A stretch of DNA of 64,000 bases from Escherichia coli (GTDB lineage Bacteria > Pseudomonadota > Gammaproteobacteria > Enterobacterales > Enterobacteriaceae): NCBI RefSeq assembly GCF_050920415.1, contig NZ_CP169309.1. One strand, 5' to 3'. Below, one piece after another: positions 1-13,633 of this stretch (position 1 is its first letter; every line of letters begins with the position of its first letter). The position numbers and the translations under genes were made by a program. A model generated the notes under the pieces. That model was not told the DNA's origin, searched no databases, and saw only the letters and a program-made list of their open reading frames with translations.

Positions 1-643
1 CATTGACGGGATTATTCTTTCGGAAAAATATCACACCATCAGGACGGTGAAATTTCTGCGTTCAGCCACCATTCCGGTCGTGGAATTGATGGATGTACAG
101 GGAGAACGGCTGGATATGGAGGTCGGTTTTGATAATCGGCAGGCCGCTTTTGACATGGTGTGTACCATGCTGGATAAGCGAGTCAGGCGCAAAATTCTGT
201 ATCTCGGTTCCAAAGATGACACCCGCGATGAACAGCGTTATCAGGGGTATTGCGATGCGATGATGCTGCATAATCTTTCCCCGTTACGCATGAATCCACG
301 CGCCATCTCATCCATTCATTTAGGAATGCAATTAATGCGTGATGCCCTTAGCGCAAACCCGGATTTAGACGGTGTATTTTGCACCAATGACGATATTGCG
401 ATGGGTGCGCTTCTGCTGTGCCGCGAGCGAAACCTCGCCGTGCCAGAACAAATTTCCATTGCGGGTTTTCATGGGCTGGAGATTGGCAGGCAAATGATCC
501 CAAGCCTCGCCAGCGTAATTACTCCCCGTTTTGATATTGGTCGGATGGCCGCCCAAATGTTGCTGAGCAAAATTAAAAATAACGATCACAACCACAACAC
601 TGTTGACCTCGGGTATCAGATTTATCACGGTAACACGCTTTAG
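1..643 (+). CDS. idnR: LacI-family transcriptional regulator, 3' fragment (gene begins upstream of window); likely L-idonate regulator
   Basis: Open frame runs from position 2 with no stop to TAG at 641-643; C-terminal sugar-binding-like sequence; position immediately upstream of yjgR matches K-12 synteny. Confidence 0.6.
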   Translation, partial: IDGIILSEKYHTIRTVKFLRSATIPVVELMDVQGERLDMEVGFDNRQAAFDMVCTMLDKRVRRKILYLGSKDDTRDEQRYQGYCDAMMLHNLSPLRMNPRAISSIHLGMQLMRDALSANPDLDGVFCTNDDIAMGALLLCRERNLAVPEQISIAGFHGLEIGRQMIPSLASVITPRFDIGRMAAQMLLSKIKNNDHNHNTVDLGYQIYHGNTL

Positions 644-720
644 GTTATTTTCTCTTCATTACACGTATTCTCTTTGCCGGACGTTGCCTATACTCCAGGC
701 AGGAAACTGGAGGAAATCTC

Positions 721-2223
721 ATGAGCGAACCCCTGTTAATTGCCCGCACGTCGGACACAGAACTGTTTTTATTGCCGGGAATGGCTAACCGTCACGGGCT
801 GATTACTGGCGCAACGGGGACGGGTAAGACCGTTACGCTGCAAAAACTGGCGGAGTCATTGTCGGAAATCGGTGTACCGGTGTTTATGGCTGATGTAAAA
901 GGCGATCTGACCGGCGTCGCGCAGGCAGGAACTGCGTCGGAAAAACTGCTCGCAAGGCTTAATAATATCGGCGTCAATGACTGGCAACCACATGCTAATC
1001 CGGTGGTGGTGTGGGATATCTTTGGCGAGAAAGGCCACCCGGTGCGGGCGACGGTTTCAGACCTGGGGCCGCTGTTGCTGGCACGACTGTTGAATCTCAA
1101 CGATGTGCAATCTGGCGTGATGAATATTATCTTCCGCATTGCGGACGATCAGGGATTGTTGCTGCTCGACTTTAAAGATTTGCGGGCGATTACCCAGTAC
1201 ATCGGCGATAACGCCAAATCCTTCCAGAATCAGTACGGTAATATCAGTAGCGCATCGGTTGGTGCCATCCAGCGCGGGCTGTTATCGCTGGAACAGCAAG
1301 GCGCAGCACACTTCTTTGGTGAGCCGATGCTGGATATCAAAGACTGGATGCGTAGCGATACCAAAGGTAAAGGCGTTATCAATATCCTCAGCGCTGAGAA
1401 GCTTTATCAGATGCCGAAACTGTACGCCGCCAGCCTGCTGTGGATGCTTTCAGAGTTATATGAACAATTGCCGGAAGCGGGCGATCTGGAGAAACCAAAA
1501 CTGGTGTTTTTCTTCGACGAAGCACATCTGCTGTTTAACGATGCGCCACAGGTACTGCTGGATAAGATTGAGCAGGTGATAAGGCTTATTCGCTCAAAAG
1601 GCGTGGGCGTCTGGTTCGTTTCGCAAAACCCGTCAGATATTCCGGATAATGTGCTCGGACAGCTCGGTAATCGCGTTCAACACGCTTTGCGGGCTTTTAC
1701 GCCCAAAGATCAGAAAGCAGTAAAAGCTGCGGCGCAAACCATGCGGGCCAATCCGGCGTTTGATACCGAAAAGGCAATCCAGGAACTGGGGACCGGCGAG
1801 GCGTTAATCTCGTTTCTCGATGCGAAAGGAAGTCCTTCAGTGGTGGAACGGGCGATGGTTATCGCGCCTTGTTCGCGAATGGGGCCGGTGACGGAAGATG
1901 AGCGTAACGGCCTGATTAATCACTCCCCGGTGTATGGCAAGTACGAGGATGACGTGGACCGGGAATCCGCCTATGAGATGTTGCAAAAAGGCTTTCAGGC
2001 CAGTACCGAGCAGCAAAATAATCCTCCCGCGAAAGGGAAAGAGGTGGCGGTGGATGACGGTATTCTTGGTGGATTGAAGGATATTTTGTTTGGCACTACC
2101 GGACCACGCGGCGGGAAGAAAGATGGTGTGGTGCAAACAATGGCGAAAAGCGCCGCCCGCCAGGTGACGAATCAGATTGTACGCGGTGTGCTGGGGAGTT
2201 TGCTGGGGGGGAGAAAAAGGTAA
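721..2223 (+). CDS. yjgR: P-loop NTPase of the DUF853 / HerA-like family, uncharacterized
   Basis: 500-aa ORF with Walker A GATGTGKT near N-terminus; SD ggagg 7 nt upstream of ATG; recognised YjgR sequence. Confidence 0.85.
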   Translation: MSEPLLIARTSDTELFLLPGMANRHGLITGATGTGKTVTLQKLAESLSEIGVPVFMADVKGDLTGVAQAGTASEKLLARLNNIGVNDWQPHANPVVVWDIFGEKGHPVRATVSDLGPLLLARLLNLNDVQSGVMNIIFRIADDQGLLLLDFKDLRAITQYIGDNAKSFQNQYGNISSASVGAIQRGLLSLEQQGAAHFFGEPMLDIKDWMRSDTKGKGVINILSAEKLYQMPKLYAASLLWMLSELYEQLPEAGDLEKPKLVFFFDEAHLLFNDAPQVLLDKIEQVIRLIRSKGVGVWFVSQNPSDIPDNVLGQLGNRVQHALRAFTPKDQKAVKAAAQTMRANPAFDTEKAIQELGTGEALISFLDAKGSPSVVERAMVIAPCSRMGPVTEDERNGLINHSPVYGKYEDDVDRESAYEMLQKGFQASTEQQNNPPAKGKEVAVDDGILGGLKDILFGTTGPRGGKKDGVVQTMAKSAARQVTNQIVRGVLGSLLGGRKR

Positions 2224-2243
2224 GTCAGGTGCGATTTGTCTTT

Positions 2244-2282
2244 GCCTGATGCGACGCTGGCGCGCCTTATCATGCCTACACT
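2244..2282. repeat. REP-like palindromic unit
   Basis: gcctgatgcgacgctggcgcgccttatcatgcctaca resembles the REP consensus seen elsewhere in the window. Confidence 0.5.
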
Positions 2283-2383
2283 ACTGCAATATATTGAATT
2301 TTCATGATTTTTCAGGCATGAACGAAGCACACTTTGCTAACAATAATAAAGGGAGCTTTCGCTCCCCTTATACGTTCATCCAG

Positions 2384-3466
2384 TTACGATTTTCTCATTA
2401 ACAGCCACAGGCTGATTAAGAAGAAGCTGGCGCTTGGCAACAGTGCGCCGATGATCGGCGGGATGCCGTAAACCAGCGTCAGCGGGCCGAAGATCTGGTC
2501 CAGTACGTAGAAGACAAAACCGAAGCTGATACCGGTGACCACACGCACGCCCATCGGCACGCTACGCAGTGGGCCGAAGATGAACGACAGCGCCATCAGC
2601 ATCATCACCGCCACGGATAACGGCTGGAAGATTTTGCTCCACATGTTGAGCTGATAACGTCCGGCATCCTGACCGCTCGACTTCAGATACTTCACGTAGT
2701 TGTGCAAACCACTGATGGAGAGTGCATCCGGGTCCAGCGCCACCACGCCCAGTTTGTCTGGCGTGAGGTTGGTTTTCCAGGTGCCGCTCACCGTCTGCGA
2801 ACCGGTGATCTGTTTCGGATTGGTCAGATCAGATTCATCAACCTGCGACAGACGCCAGACTTTATGTTCCGGGTCAAACTTCGCGGTAGCGGCATAGCGT
2901 ACAGATTCCAGACGACGATTCTCATTAAAGGCATAGATACTGATGCCACCTAACTCTTCGTCACCTTTAACCCGCTCAATGTAGACGAAGTTGTTGCCAT
3001 CTTTTGCCCATAAACCTTGCTGGGTAGAGAGCAACGAGCCACCGTACATCGCCTGCGCACGGTAGTTACGCGCCATCTGCTCGCCCTGCGGTGCGACCCA
3101 TTCGCCAATCGCCATCGTCAACAAGACCAGCGGAATGGCGGTTTTCATCACCGACAGCGCCACCTGCATACGGGTAAAACCAGAAGCCTGCATGACCACC
3201 AGTTCGCTGCGCTGCGCCAACATCCCAAGACCAAGCAACGCCCCAAGCAGAGCCGCCATCGGGAAGAAGATTTGCACATCTTTCGGCACGCTCAGCAAGG
3301 TATACATTCCTGCGCCTAACGCGTCGTAACTCCCCTGCCCGGCTTTTTTCAGCTGATCGACAAACTTGATAATGCCCGACAGCGACACCAGCATGAACAG
3401 CGTCATCATGATGGTGGTGAAAATAGTTTTACCGATATAGCGGTCAAGTACGCCAAAAGGTTGCAT
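2384..3466 (-). CDS. lptG: LPS export ABC transporter permease LptG
   Basis: 360-aa membrane protein starting MQPFGVLDRYIGK; ATG overlaps lptF stop by 1 nt. Confidence 0.9.
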   Translation of the reverse strand: MQPFGVLDRYIGKTIFTTIMMTLFMLVSLSGIIKFVDQLKKAGQGSYDALGAGMYTLLSVPKDVQIFFPMAALLGALLGLGMLAQRSELVVMQASGFTRMQVALSVMKTAIPLVLLTMAIGEWVAPQGEQMARNYRAQAMYGGSLLSTQQGLWAKDGNNFVYIERVKGDEELGGISIYAFNENRRLESVRYAATAKFDPEHKVWRLSQVDESDLTNPKQITGSQTVSGTWKTNLTPDKLGVVALDPDALSISGLHNYVKYLKSSGQDAGRYQLNMWSKIFQPLSVAVMMLMALSFIFGPLRSVPMGVRVVTGISFGFVFYVLDQIFGPLTLVYGIPPIIGALLPSASFFLISLWLLMRKS

Positions 3467-4566
3467 CACACCGCTCCTTTACGCGAAAAACTGGCGCGCA
3501 GGCGGCGGACCGGCACGGTGTCCCAAAGGTTGAGAACAATCGCCAAAGCCAGATAAATCAGGTTTACGGTCCACATCCACAGCGTCGGGTCCAGCTTACC
3601 TTTACCGCCGTTCGATTTCAGGGAGGTCTGGATCAGGAAGAACAACAGATACAGCAGCATGGCTGGCAGCATCGACAGTACGCGCCCCTGACGCGGGTTA
3701 ACCACGCTCAGCGGAACGACCATAAGCGCCATCATAAACACGGTGAATACCAGCGTGATACGCCAGTTCAGTTCTGCGCGGGCACGATCGGTGTCAGTGT
3801 TCCACAATGTGCGCATGTCCATCTGGTCAGTATCGTTCGGGTCGAGCGCCACCGCCTGGTGACCAATGATCGCCTGATAATCCTGGAAGTCCGTAATGCG
3901 AAAATCACGTAACAGTGCAGTGCCTTCGAAACGCGTTCCCTGGTTGAGAGTGACGACCTGGGAGCCGTCGCGCAGCTGGGTTAAATGTCCGGAATCGGCC
4001 ACCACCACAGAAGGACGTGCATTACCTTTTGGTCGAATTTGCGCGAGGAACACATCTTTGAAATCGCTGCCGTCAACGCTTTCGATGAACAGCACCGAGC
4101 TGCCATTAGTCGCTTGCTGGAATTGCCCTTGCGCCAGCGCCGCCATGCCAGGGTTCGCTTTCGCTTCTGCTAACACTTCATCCTGATGACGCGATGACCA
4201 CGGTCCCGCCCACATCACGTTAACCGCCGCGACGATTGCCGTGAATACCGCAAGGATCATTGCCGCTTTCACCAGAACCGCTTTGCTCAAGCCGCAGGCA
4301 TGCATTACCGTAATTTCACTTTCGGTATACAGTTTGCCCAGCGTCATCAGCAGCCCGAGGAACAGGCTTAATGGCAGGATAAGCTGCGCCATTTCCGGCA
4401 CGCCCAACCCGAGAAGGGAGAGCACCAGATTCGCCGGAATATCGCCGTCAACCGCTGCGCCGAGGATCCTCACTAACTTTTGACAGAAGAAGATCAAAAG
4501 CAAGATGAAGAGTATCGCCAGCTGGCTTTTGAGCGTCTCCCGCACCAGATATCTTATGATTATCAC
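3466..4566 (-). CDS. lptF: LPS export ABC transporter permease LptF
   Basis: 366-aa membrane protein MIIIRYLVRETLKSQ...; GTG start; operon with lptG. Confidence 0.9.
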   Translation of the reverse strand: MIIIRYLVRETLKSQLAILFILLLIFFCQKLVRILGAAVDGDIPANLVLSLLGLGVPEMAQLILPLSLFLGLLMTLGKLYTESEITVMHACGLSKAVLVKAAMILAVFTAIVAAVNVMWAGPWSSRHQDEVLAEAKANPGMAALAQGQFQQATNGSSVLFIESVDGSDFKDVFLAQIRPKGNARPSVVVADSGHLTQLRDGSQVVTLNQGTRFEGTALLRDFRITDFQDYQAIIGHQAVALDPNDTDQMDMRTLWNTDTDRARAELNWRITLVFTVFMMALMVVPLSVVNPRQGRVLSMLPAMLLYLLFFLIQTSLKSNGGKGKLDPTLWMWTVNLIYLALAIVLNLWDTVPVRRLRASFSRKGAV

Positions 4567-4829
4567 TTTAAATACGCCCGTAAAAACTCGTCTTTTGCAG
4601 GATTTTAGCTTGTTTCATGGCTTAAACGTCATTTATTCTCTTGAGTCGTCGAAATCGTCGCTAAGATAATTATACTCAACGGATTCACCTCTCAGATTTT
4701 GTTCTGACGTGCCAATGCCGTAATAACGTTAAGATTAACACGAAGTCATCGCAACAGCGGACATGAGTTACGAAAGCTTGCAATTCTATCTGTAGCCACC
4801 GCCGTTGTCTTTAAGATTCAGGAGCGTAG

Positions 4830-6344
<1,515 letters not shown>

Positions 6345-6354
6345 TTGCATCAGG

Positions 6355-6560
<206 letters not shown>

Positions 6561-6604
6561 TATTACCAAATGCATATTTAAATCCACCACAAGAAGCCCC
6601 ATTT

Positions 6605-7048
6605 ATGAAAAACGCAACGTTCTACCTTCTGGACAATGACACCACCGTCGATGGCTTAAGCGCCGTTGAGCAGCTGGTGTGCGAAATTGCCGCAGAACGT
6701 TGGCGCAGCGGTAAGCGCGTACTCATCGCCTGTGAAGATGAAAAGCAGGCTTACCGACTGGATGAAGCCCTGTGGGCGCGTCCGGCAGAAAGCTTTGTTC
6801 CGCATAATTTAGCGGGAGAAGGACCGCGCGGCGGTGCACCGGTGGAGATCGCCTGGCCACAAAAGCGTAGCAGCAACCCGCGCGATATATTGATTAGTCT
6901 GCGAACAAGCTTTGCAGATTTTGCCACCGCTTTCACAGAAGTGGTAGACTTCGTTCCTTATGAAGATTCTCTGAAACAACTGGCGCGCGAACGCTATAAA
7001 GCCTACCGCGTGGCTGGTTTCAACCTGAATACGGCAACCTGGAAATAA
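6605..7048 (+). CDS. holC: DNA polymerase III chi subunit
   Basis: 147-aa [49 protein letters not shown]; stop overlaps valS start. Confidence 0.95.
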   Translation: MKNATFYLLDNDTTVDGLSAVEQLVCEIAAERWRSGKRVLIACEDEKQAYRLDEALWARPAESFVPHNLAGEGPRGGAPVEIAWPQKRSSNPRDILISLRTSFADFATAFTEVVDFVPYEDSLKQLARERYKAYRVAGFNLNTATWK

Positions 7049-9903
7049 TGGAAAAGACATACAACCCACAAGATATCGAACAGCCGCTTTACGAGCACTG
7101 GGAAAAGCAGGGCTACTTTAAGCCTAATGGCGATGAAAGCCAGGAAAGTTTCTGCATCATGATCCCGCCGCCGAACGTCACCGGCAGTTTGCATATGGGT
7201 CACGCCTTCCAGCAAACCATCATGGATACCATGATCCGCTATCAGCGCATGCAGGGCAAAAACACCCTGTGGCAGGTCGGTACTGACCACGCAGGGATCG
7301 CTACCCAGATGGTCGTTGAGCGCAAGATTGCCGCAGAAGAAGGTAAAACCCGTCACGACTACGGCCGCGAAGCTTTCATCGACAAAATCTGGGAATGGAA
7401 AGCGGAATCCGGCGGCACCATTACCCGTCAGATGCGCCGTCTCGGCAACTCCGTCGACTGGGAGCGTGAACGCTTCACCATGGACGAAGGCCTGTCCAAT
7501 GCGGTGAAAGAAGTTTTCGTTCGTCTGTATAAAGAAGACCTGATTTACCGTGGTAAACGCCTGGTAAACTGGGACCCGAAACTGCGTACCGCTATCTCTG
7601 ACCTGGAAGTGGAAAACCGCGAATCGAAAGGTTCGATGTGGCACATCCGCTATCCGCTGGCTGATGGCGCGAAAACAGCAGACGGTAAAGATTATCTGGT
7701 GGTTGCGACTACCCGTCCGGAAACCCTGCTGGGCGATACCGGCGTGGCCGTTAACCCGGAAGATCCGCGTTACAAAGATCTGATTGGCAAATATGTCATT
7801 CTGCCGCTAGTTAACCGTCGTATTCCGATTGTTGGCGACGAACACGCCGATATGGAAAAAGGCACCGGCTGCGTGAAGATCACTCCGGCGCACGACTTTA
7901 ACGACTATGAAGTCGGTAAACGTCACGCCCTGCCGATGATCAACATCCTGACCTTTGACGGTGATATCCGTGAAAGCGCCCAGGTGTTCGATACTAAAGG
8001 TAACGAATCTGACGTTTATTCCAGCGAGATCCCGGCAGAGTTCCAGAAACTGGAGCGTTTTGCCGCGCGTAAAGCAGTCGTTGCTGCGGTTGATGCACTC
8101 GGCCTGCTGGAAGAAATTAAACCGCACGACCTGACCGTTCCTTACGGCGACCGTGGCGGCGTAGTTATCGAACCGATGCTGACCGACCAGTGGTACGTGC
8201 GTGCCGATGTACTGGCGAAACCGGCAGTTGAAGCGGTTGAGAACGGCGACATTCAGTTCGTACCGAAGCAGTACGAAAACATGTACTTCTCCTGGATGCG
8301 CGATATTCAGGACTGGTGTATCTCTCGTCAGCTGTGGTGGGGTCACCGTATCCCGGCATGGTACGACGAAGCGGGTAACGTTTATGTTGGCCGCAACGAA
8401 GACGAAGTGCGTAAAGAAAATAACCTCGGTGCCGACGTTGCCCTGCGTCAGGACGAAGACGTTCTCGACACCTGGTTCTCCTCCGCGCTGTGGACCTTCT
8501 CCACGCTCGGCTGGCCGGAAAACACCGACGCACTGCGCCAGTTCCACCCAACCAGCGTGATGGTATCCGGCTTCGACATCATCTTCTTCTGGATTGCCCG
8601 CATGATCATGATGACCATGCACTTCATCAAAGATGAAAATGGCAAACCGCAGGTGCCGTTCCACACCGTTTACATGACCGGCCTGATTCGTGATGACGAA
8701 GGCCAGAAGATGTCCAAATCCAAGGGTAACGTTATCGACCCGCTGGATATGGTTGATGGAATTTCTCTGCCGGAACTGCTGGAAAAACGTACCGGCAATA
8801 TGATGCAGCCGCAGCTGGCGGACAAAATCCGTAAGCGCACCGAGAAGCAGTTCCCGAACGGCATTGAGCCCCACGGCACTGATGCCCTGCGCTTTACCCT
8901 GGCCGCACTCGCTTCTACCGGTCGTGACATCAACTGGGATATGAAGCGTCTGGAAGGTTACCGTAACTTCTGTAACAAGCTGTGGAACGCCAGCCGCTTT
9001 GTGCTGATGAACACAGAAGGTCAGGATTGCGGCTTCAACGACGGCGAAATGACGCTGTCGCTGGCGGACCGCTGGATTCTGGCGGAGTTCAATCAGACCA
9101 TTAAAGCGTACCGCGAAGCGCTGGACAGCTTCCGCTTCGATATCGCCGCAGGCATTCTGTATGAATTCACCTGGAACCAGTTCTGTGACTGGTATCTGGA
9201 GCTGACCAAGCCGGTAATGAACGGTGGCACCGAAGCAGAACTGCGCGGTACTCGCCATACGCTGGTGACTGTACTGGAAGGTCTGCTGCGCCTCGCGCAT
9301 CCGATCATTCCGTTCATCACCGAAACCATCTGGCAGCGTGTGAAAGTACTTTGCGGTATCACTGCCGACACCATCATGCTGCAACCGTTCCCGCAGTATG
9401 ATGCATCTCAGGTTGATGAAGCCGCACTGGCCGACACCGAGTGGCTGAAGCAGGCGATCGTTGCGGTACGTAACATCCGTGCAGAAATGAACATCGCACC
9501 GGGTAAACCGCTGGAGCTGCTGCTGCGTGGTTGCAGCGCGGATGCAGAACGTCGCGTAAATGAAAACCGTGGCTTCCTGCAAACGCTGGCGCGTCTGGAA
9601 AGCATCACCGTGCTGCCTGCCGATGACAAAGGTCCGGTTTCCGTTACGAAGATCATCGACGGTGCAGAGCTGCTGATCCCGATGGCTGGCCTCATCAACA
9701 AAGAAGATGAGCTGGCGCGTCTGGCGAAAGAAGTGGCGAAGATTGAAGGTGAAATCAGCCGTATCGAGAACAAACTGGCGAACGAAGGCTTTGTCGCCCG
9801 CGCACCGGAAGCGGTCATCGCGAAAGAGCGTGAGAAGCTGGAAGGCTATGCGGAAGCGAAAGCGAAACTGATTGAGCAGCAGGCTGTTATCGCCGCGCTG
9901 TAA
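7048..9903 (+). CDS. valS: Valine--tRNA ligase
   Basis: 951-aa ORF with class I aaRS HMGH and KMSKS motifs. Confidence 0.97.
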   Translation: MEKTYNPQDIEQPLYEHWEKQGYFKPNGDESQESFCIMIPPPNVTGSLHMGHAFQQTIMDTMIRYQRMQGKNTLWQVGTDHAGIATQMVVERKIAAEEGKTRHDYGREAFIDKIWEWKAESGGTITRQMRRLGNSVDWERERFTMDEGLSNAVKEVFVRLYKEDLIYRGKRLVNWDPKLRTAISDLEVENRESKGSMWHIRYPLADGAKTADGKDYLVVATTRPETLLGDTGVAVNPEDPRYKDLIGKYVILPLVNRRIPIVGDEHADMEKGTGCVKITPAHDFNDYEVGKRHALPMINILTFDGDIRESAQVFDTKGNESDVYSSEIPAEFQKLERFAARKAVVAAVDALGLLEEIKPHDLTVPYGDRGGVVIEPMLTDQWYVRADVLAKPAVEAVENGDIQFVPKQYENMYFSWMRDIQDWCISRQLWWGHRIPAWYDEAGNVYVGRNEDEVRKENNLGADVALRQDEDVLDTWFSSALWTFSTLGWPENTDALRQFHPTSVMVSGFDIIFFWIARMIMMTMHFIKDENGKPQVPFHTVYMTGLIRDDEGQKMSKSKGNVIDPLDMVDGISLPELLEKRTGNMMQPQLADKIRKRTEKQFPNGIEPHGTDALRFTLAALASTGRDINWDMKRLEGYRNFCNKLWNASRFVLMNTEGQDCGFNDGEMTLSLADRWILAEFNQTIKAYREALDSFRFDIAAGILYEFTWNQFCDWYLELTKPVMNGGTEAELRGTRHTLVTVLEGLLRLAHPIIPFITETIWQRVKVLCGITADTIMLQPFPQYDASQVDEAALADTEWLKQAIVAVRNIRAEMNIAPGKPLELLLRGCSADAERRVNENRGFLQTLARLESITVLPADDKGPVSVTKIIDGAELLIPMAGLINKEDELARLAKEVAKIEGEISRIENKLANEGFVARAPEAVIAKEREKLEGYAEAKAKLIEQQAVIAAL

Positions 9904-9923
9904 TCAACACCGTGATGAAAACG

Positions 9924-9951
9924 AAGGCCGGAGCATGCTCCGGCCTTTTTT
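9924..9951. terminator. Intrinsic terminator hairpin downstream of valS (bidirectional with yjgN)
   Basis: aaggccggagcatgctccggcctt perfect stem followed by T-run. Confidence 0.8.
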
Positions 9952-9956
9952 ATCTC

Positions 9957-11153
9957 TTACAGAAATGGTAAAGAAGGCATAACTCCCCGAGAAATACTGG
10001 CTAAGAAGCCTTTATCTGGTTGTTCTTCTTTATTGATTAAAGGAAGGTCATCCAAATCGCCCAGCAAATACGTATTTTTTGCCTGCCAGTCAATCATCCA
10101 TATTTTCAACAGTGGATAAGCCAGACCGCCCGTAATCCCGGATATCACCACCAACGCACACATGCGATAAAGCATACCGTGGTACGTTAAAGTTGAGCGA
10201 AAACGAATACGCCCATCATTCAGTGATAGGTTGCTCATAAAATGGTTTCGCAACGACACCGTTAAATAACTGGTGCTAACAGCAATCCCAAAATAATAGA
10301 TTAACTGCGCGATTATCATTTTACGTTGCATTTCCATAAATTGCTGTAAATTCTCAATGTCATCATTTGCATATACAGAACTATCATACGCATTTAATAT
10401 TTGATCGAAGATAATATAACCAGCAACAGCGAGAAAAGGCAATAAAGCTAAAAATGCGAGAATGGCATATTTTATACAATACGTAGTATCTAATTTCACC
10501 TTGAAACGATGTATACCGAAACTGGTATTGCTCCAGAGAAAACTCATTACCAGACTATATAAAGTACCATTAAAAATACCAATGGAAACAATACCAACTA
10601 TTGCCATCAGAACCATAGATATAATAACACTACTTGAACTATTGGCATGTAGCATCTTTGTCGAGATAAAGAAAACAGTCCCCATCCCAACGGCCATTAA
10701 AATCGGCAAGAAAAAGGTCACCCACCAGAACCCTTTCATAGAGCAATTAAAACTAAATCTTACGCCGTTGAGACTGGTCATTAAGGCCTGATGACGCAGT
10801 CCTTTTGCTGCCATAAATATAAGCAAAACCAACAGTAACAAAGTCAAAACACAACCAACAAGCGGCATATCTGCTGACACTGTCATTAAGATTGCGAAAT
10901 AGAAAAAAACAAAAACAAGACAACTAACAAAAACATTCCCACCGGTAATTCCATAAGAAAATCGTTGTCCGTTAACTTCCATATTAGCATAAAGATAACG
11001 CTTACATTTCATTAATGCCCATGGTAAATAGATACCTAACGTTATAATCGTTAACAACACATTCACCACACAAATAAGAAAATACCTCTCACCTGTACCA
11101 TGAAAAACAAACGAATGGGACGGAACATCCATTTCATTAATAACTTGAGCCAT
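9957..11153 (-). CDS. yjgN: Inner membrane protein, DUF898 family
   Basis: 398-aa polytopic membrane ORF starting MAQVINEMDVPSHSF (internal ATG of the 407-aa track ORF). Confidence 0.85.
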   Translation of the reverse strand: MAQVINEMDVPSHSFVFHGTGERYFLICVVNVLLTIITLGIYLPWALMKCKRYLYANMEVNGQRFSYGITGGNVFVSCLVFVFFYFAILMTVSADMPLVGCVLTLLLLVLLIFMAAKGLRHQALMTSLNGVRFSFNCSMKGFWWVTFFLPILMAVGMGTVFFISTKMLHANSSSSVIISMVLMAIVGIVSIGIFNGTLYSLVMSFLWSNTSFGIHRFKVKLDTTYCIKYAILAFLALLPFLAVAGYIIFDQILNAYDSSVYANDDIENLQQFMEMQRKMIIAQLIYYFGIAVSTSYLTVSLRNHFMSNLSLNDGRIRFRSTLTYHGMLYRMCALVVISGITGGLAYPLLKIWMIDWQAKNTYLLGDLDDLPLINKEEQPDKGFLASISRGVMPSLPFL

Positions 11154-11345
11154 AAAAAATCCCTGAATTAAAAAATCCATTGATATAACTTATATATACA
11201 GACAGTAAAATGTTCTGCCACGTTACAATACTCTTATCAGTAATAGACTGGCAAAAACTTTATTACTTTATAAGTCGCTTGCGCACGTAAGAAGAGAGTG
11301 GTATTAAACAAATGTATAATTACTTTATTTTTATTGGGTTAAACT

Positions 11346-11849
11346 ATGAATAACATTGCGCCGCAATCACCTGTAATGCGTCGCCTGACGCTGCAGGATA
11401 ATCCTGCTATCGCCCGCGTCATTCGTCAGGTATCCGCCGAATACGGTCTTACCGCTGATAAAGGCTACACCGTCGCCGATCCGAATCTTGACGAGCTGTA
11501 TCAAGTGTATAGTCAGCCTGGCCATGCATATTGGGTAGTTGAGTACGAGGGTGAAGTGGTCGGCGGCGGTGGGATAGCGCCATTAACCGGGAGTGAGTCG
11601 GACATTTGCGAACTGCAAAAGATGTATTTTCTTCCGGCTATCCGCGGCAAAGGGCTGGCAAAAAAACTGGCCTTAATGGCGATGGAGCAGGCGCGAGAGA
11701 TGGGTTTCAAACGCTGCTATCTGGAAACGACAGCTTTTTTAAAGGAAGCCATTGCGCTTTATGAGCATTTGGGCTTTGAGCATATCGACTATGCGCTTGG
11801 CTGCACGGGCCATGTCGATTGTGAAGTGCGGATGTTGCGCGAACTCTAA
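11346..11849 (+). CDS. yjgM: GNAT-family N-acetyltransferase
   Basis: 167-aa ORF with acetyl-CoA binding-like motif RGKGLAKKL. Confidence 0.85.
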   Translation: MNNIAPQSPVMRRLTLQDNPAIARVIRQVSAEYGLTADKGYTVADPNLDELYQVYSQPGHAYWVVEYEGEVVGGGGIAPLTGSESDICELQKMYFLPAIRGKGLAKKLALMAMEQAREMGFKRCYLETTAFLKEAIALYEHLGFEHIDYALGCTGHVDCEVRMLREL

Positions 11850-11854
11850 AAAAA

Positions 11855-11881
11855 TGCCCGCGTGTTCAACTCGCGGGCATT
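11855..11881. terminator. Terminator hairpin between yjgM and rraB
   Basis: atgcccgcg tgttcaact cgcgggcat inverted repeat flanked by an A/T run. Confidence 0.6.
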
Positions 11882-11904
11882 CGAACATTAACAACGTACG
11901 TTTT

Positions 11905-11985
11905 GTTTATGCCGGATGTGACATGAATGCCTTATCCGGGCAACAAATTCACCAGGTTGCAGGAACTACCTGGGCCTGATGCGCT
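11905..11985. repeat. REP element
   Basis: gccggatgtgacatgaatgccttatccgggc ... ggcctgatgcgctacgc REP-like palindromes. Confidence 0.7.
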
Positions 11986-11993
11986 ACGCTTAA

Positions 11994-12410
11994 TTAGTGG
12001 CGAACTCCGTCATCGTCTTCATCGACAAAATCTTCATCGTCGCCATCTTCGCCGTTAGGATCTTCAAAGTAAGTGCCCCAACCGTCGTACTCAACGTCAA
12101 ATTTCTCTGCCAGCGTCATCAGTTGTTCAACCTGGGCATCGATCAGATCGGCATTCAACGCGCACTCGCTGAGGATGTCGCAGCAAATCACCACATCACC
12201 ATCCTCTACTTCCAGTTCTTCCGGATCGGTGACTTCATATCCGAGTTTAAACGCTTCTACCGCTGCTTTCTCCAGCGTTTCAAGGTCGTCTGCGGAAAGA
12301 TGGTGCTCAATGGTGTACAGCGCATCTGGATCGCTGCCATCTTCCAGTAATTCTTCAATAATTAAACGTGTTTCTTCACGCTGTTCTTCCAGTTGTTCCG
12401 GGTTTGCCAT
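11994..12410 (-). CDS. rraB: RNase E inhibitor protein RraB
   Basis: 138-aa highly acidic [32 protein letters not shown]. Confidence 0.9.
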   Translation of the reverse strand: MANPEQLEEQREETRLIIEELLEDGSDPDALYTIEHHLSADDLETLEKAAVEAFKLGYEVTDPEELEVEDGDVVICCDILSECALNADLIDAQVEQLMTLAEKFDVEYDGWGTYFEDPNGEDGDDEDFVDEDDDGVRH

Positions 12411-12507
12411 GGCTCATTCCTCTTAATGTCCTGCCGATACTCTTATTGTCACACACCACTGACATTGCCTCCACCTTTGTGATAAAGATTTATGCTTTAG
12501 ACTTGCA

Positions 12508-12546
12508 AATGAATAACCATACATATAAATTGAATTTTAATTCATT
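12508..12546. promoter_or_regulatory. ArgR operator (tandem ARG boxes) in argI promoter
   Basis: aatgaataaccatacata and attgaattttaattcatt match the 18-bp ARG box pattern wnTGAATwwwwATTCAnw, 26 bp upstream of argI ATG. Confidence 0.75.
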
Positions 12547-12571
12547 TAGGCGTTAGCCACAGGAGGGATCT

Positions 12572-13576
12572 ATGTCCGGGTTTTATCATAAGCATTTCCT
12601 GAAATTACTCGATTTCACGCCAGCTGAACTTAACAGCCTGCTGCAGTTAGCCGCGAAGCTGAAAGCCGATAAGAAAAGCGGTAAAGAAGAAGCCAAACTC
12701 ACTGGTAAAAACATCGCGCTCATCTTCGAAAAAGACTCGACCCGTACCCGATGCTCTTTCGAAGTTGCCGCATATGACCAGGGTGCTCGCGTTACTTATC
12801 TCGGTCCAAGCGGCAGCCAAATTGGTCATAAAGAGTCGATTAAAGACACTGCCCGCGTGCTTGGTCGCATGTATGACGGTATTCAGTATCGCGGCTATGG
12901 TCAGGAGATTGTCGAAACACTGGCGGAATACGCTGGCGTGCCGGTATGGAACGGCCTGACCAATGAGTTTCACCCCACGCAGCTGCTGGCGGATCTCCTC
13001 ACCATGCAGGAGCATTTGCCCGGCAAAGCGTTCAACGAAATGACGCTGGTCTATGCAGGTGACGCACGTAACAACATGGGCAATTCGATGCTCGAAGCTG
13101 CAGCGCTTACCGGTCTGGATTTGCGTCTGGTCGCGCCACAGGCGTGCTGGCCAGAAGCTGCGCTGGTTACGGAATGCCGCGCCCTGGCACAACAAAATGG
13201 CGGGAATATTACGCTGACGGAAGATGTAGCTAAAGGAGTTGAAGGTGCTGACTTTATCTATACCGATGTATGGGTGTCGATGGGTGAAGCAAAAGAAAAA
13301 TGGGCTGAACGCATTGCATTACTGCGTGATTATCAGGTGAACAGCAAGATGATGCAGTTGACCGGTAACCCGGAGGTCAAATTCCTCCACTGCCTGCCCG
13401 CGTTTCATGACGACCAAACGACGCTTGGCAAAAAAATGGCGGAAGAGTTTGGCCTACATGGCGGAATGGAAGTGACTGATGAGGTCTTCGAATCTCCCGC
13501 CAGCATTGTATTTGATCAGGCGGAAAACCGCATGCATACCATCAAAGCGGTGATGGTCGCGACGCTCAGTAAATAA
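12572..13576 (+). CDS. argI: Ornithine carbamoyltransferase chain I
   Basis: 334-aa ORF with STRTR carbamoyl-phosphate binding motif; SD aggagg upstream. Confidence 0.95.
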   Translation: MSGFYHKHFLKLLDFTPAELNSLLQLAAKLKADKKSGKEEAKLTGKNIALIFEKDSTRTRCSFEVAAYDQGARVTYLGPSGSQIGHKESIKDTARVLGRMYDGIQYRGYGQEIVETLAEYAGVPVWNGLTNEFHPTQLLADLLTMQEHLPGKAFNEMTLVYAGDARNNMGNSMLEAAALTGLDLRLVAPQACWPEAALVTECRALAQQNGGNITLTEDVAKGVEGADFIYTDVWVSMGEAKEKWAERIALLRDYQVNSKMMQLTGNPEVKFLHCLPAFHDDQTTLGKKMAEEFGLHGGMEVTDEVFESPASIVFDQAENRMHTIKAVMVATLSK

Positions 13577-13592
13577 TTGACATCTCTATAAA

Positions 13593-13625
13593 GATGCCGG
13601 GAAATACAAAAAATATCCCGGCATC
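13593..13625. terminator. Bidirectional terminator hairpin between convergent argI and yjgL
   Basis: gatgccggg aaatacaaaaaatat cccggcatc inverted repeat. Confidence 0.7.
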
Positions 13626-13633
13626 ATATTATT

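Noticed and set aside
7807-9582. 591-aa ORF antisense to valS
   Set aside because: Lies entirely within the conserved valS gene on the opposite strand, with no SD or recognisable motifs; treated as a chance open frame.
12368-12556. 62-aa ORF in the rraB-argI intergenic region
   Set aside because: Overlaps the rraB start and the ARG-box operator; no SD; hydrophobic low-complexity translation; likely a chance ORF.
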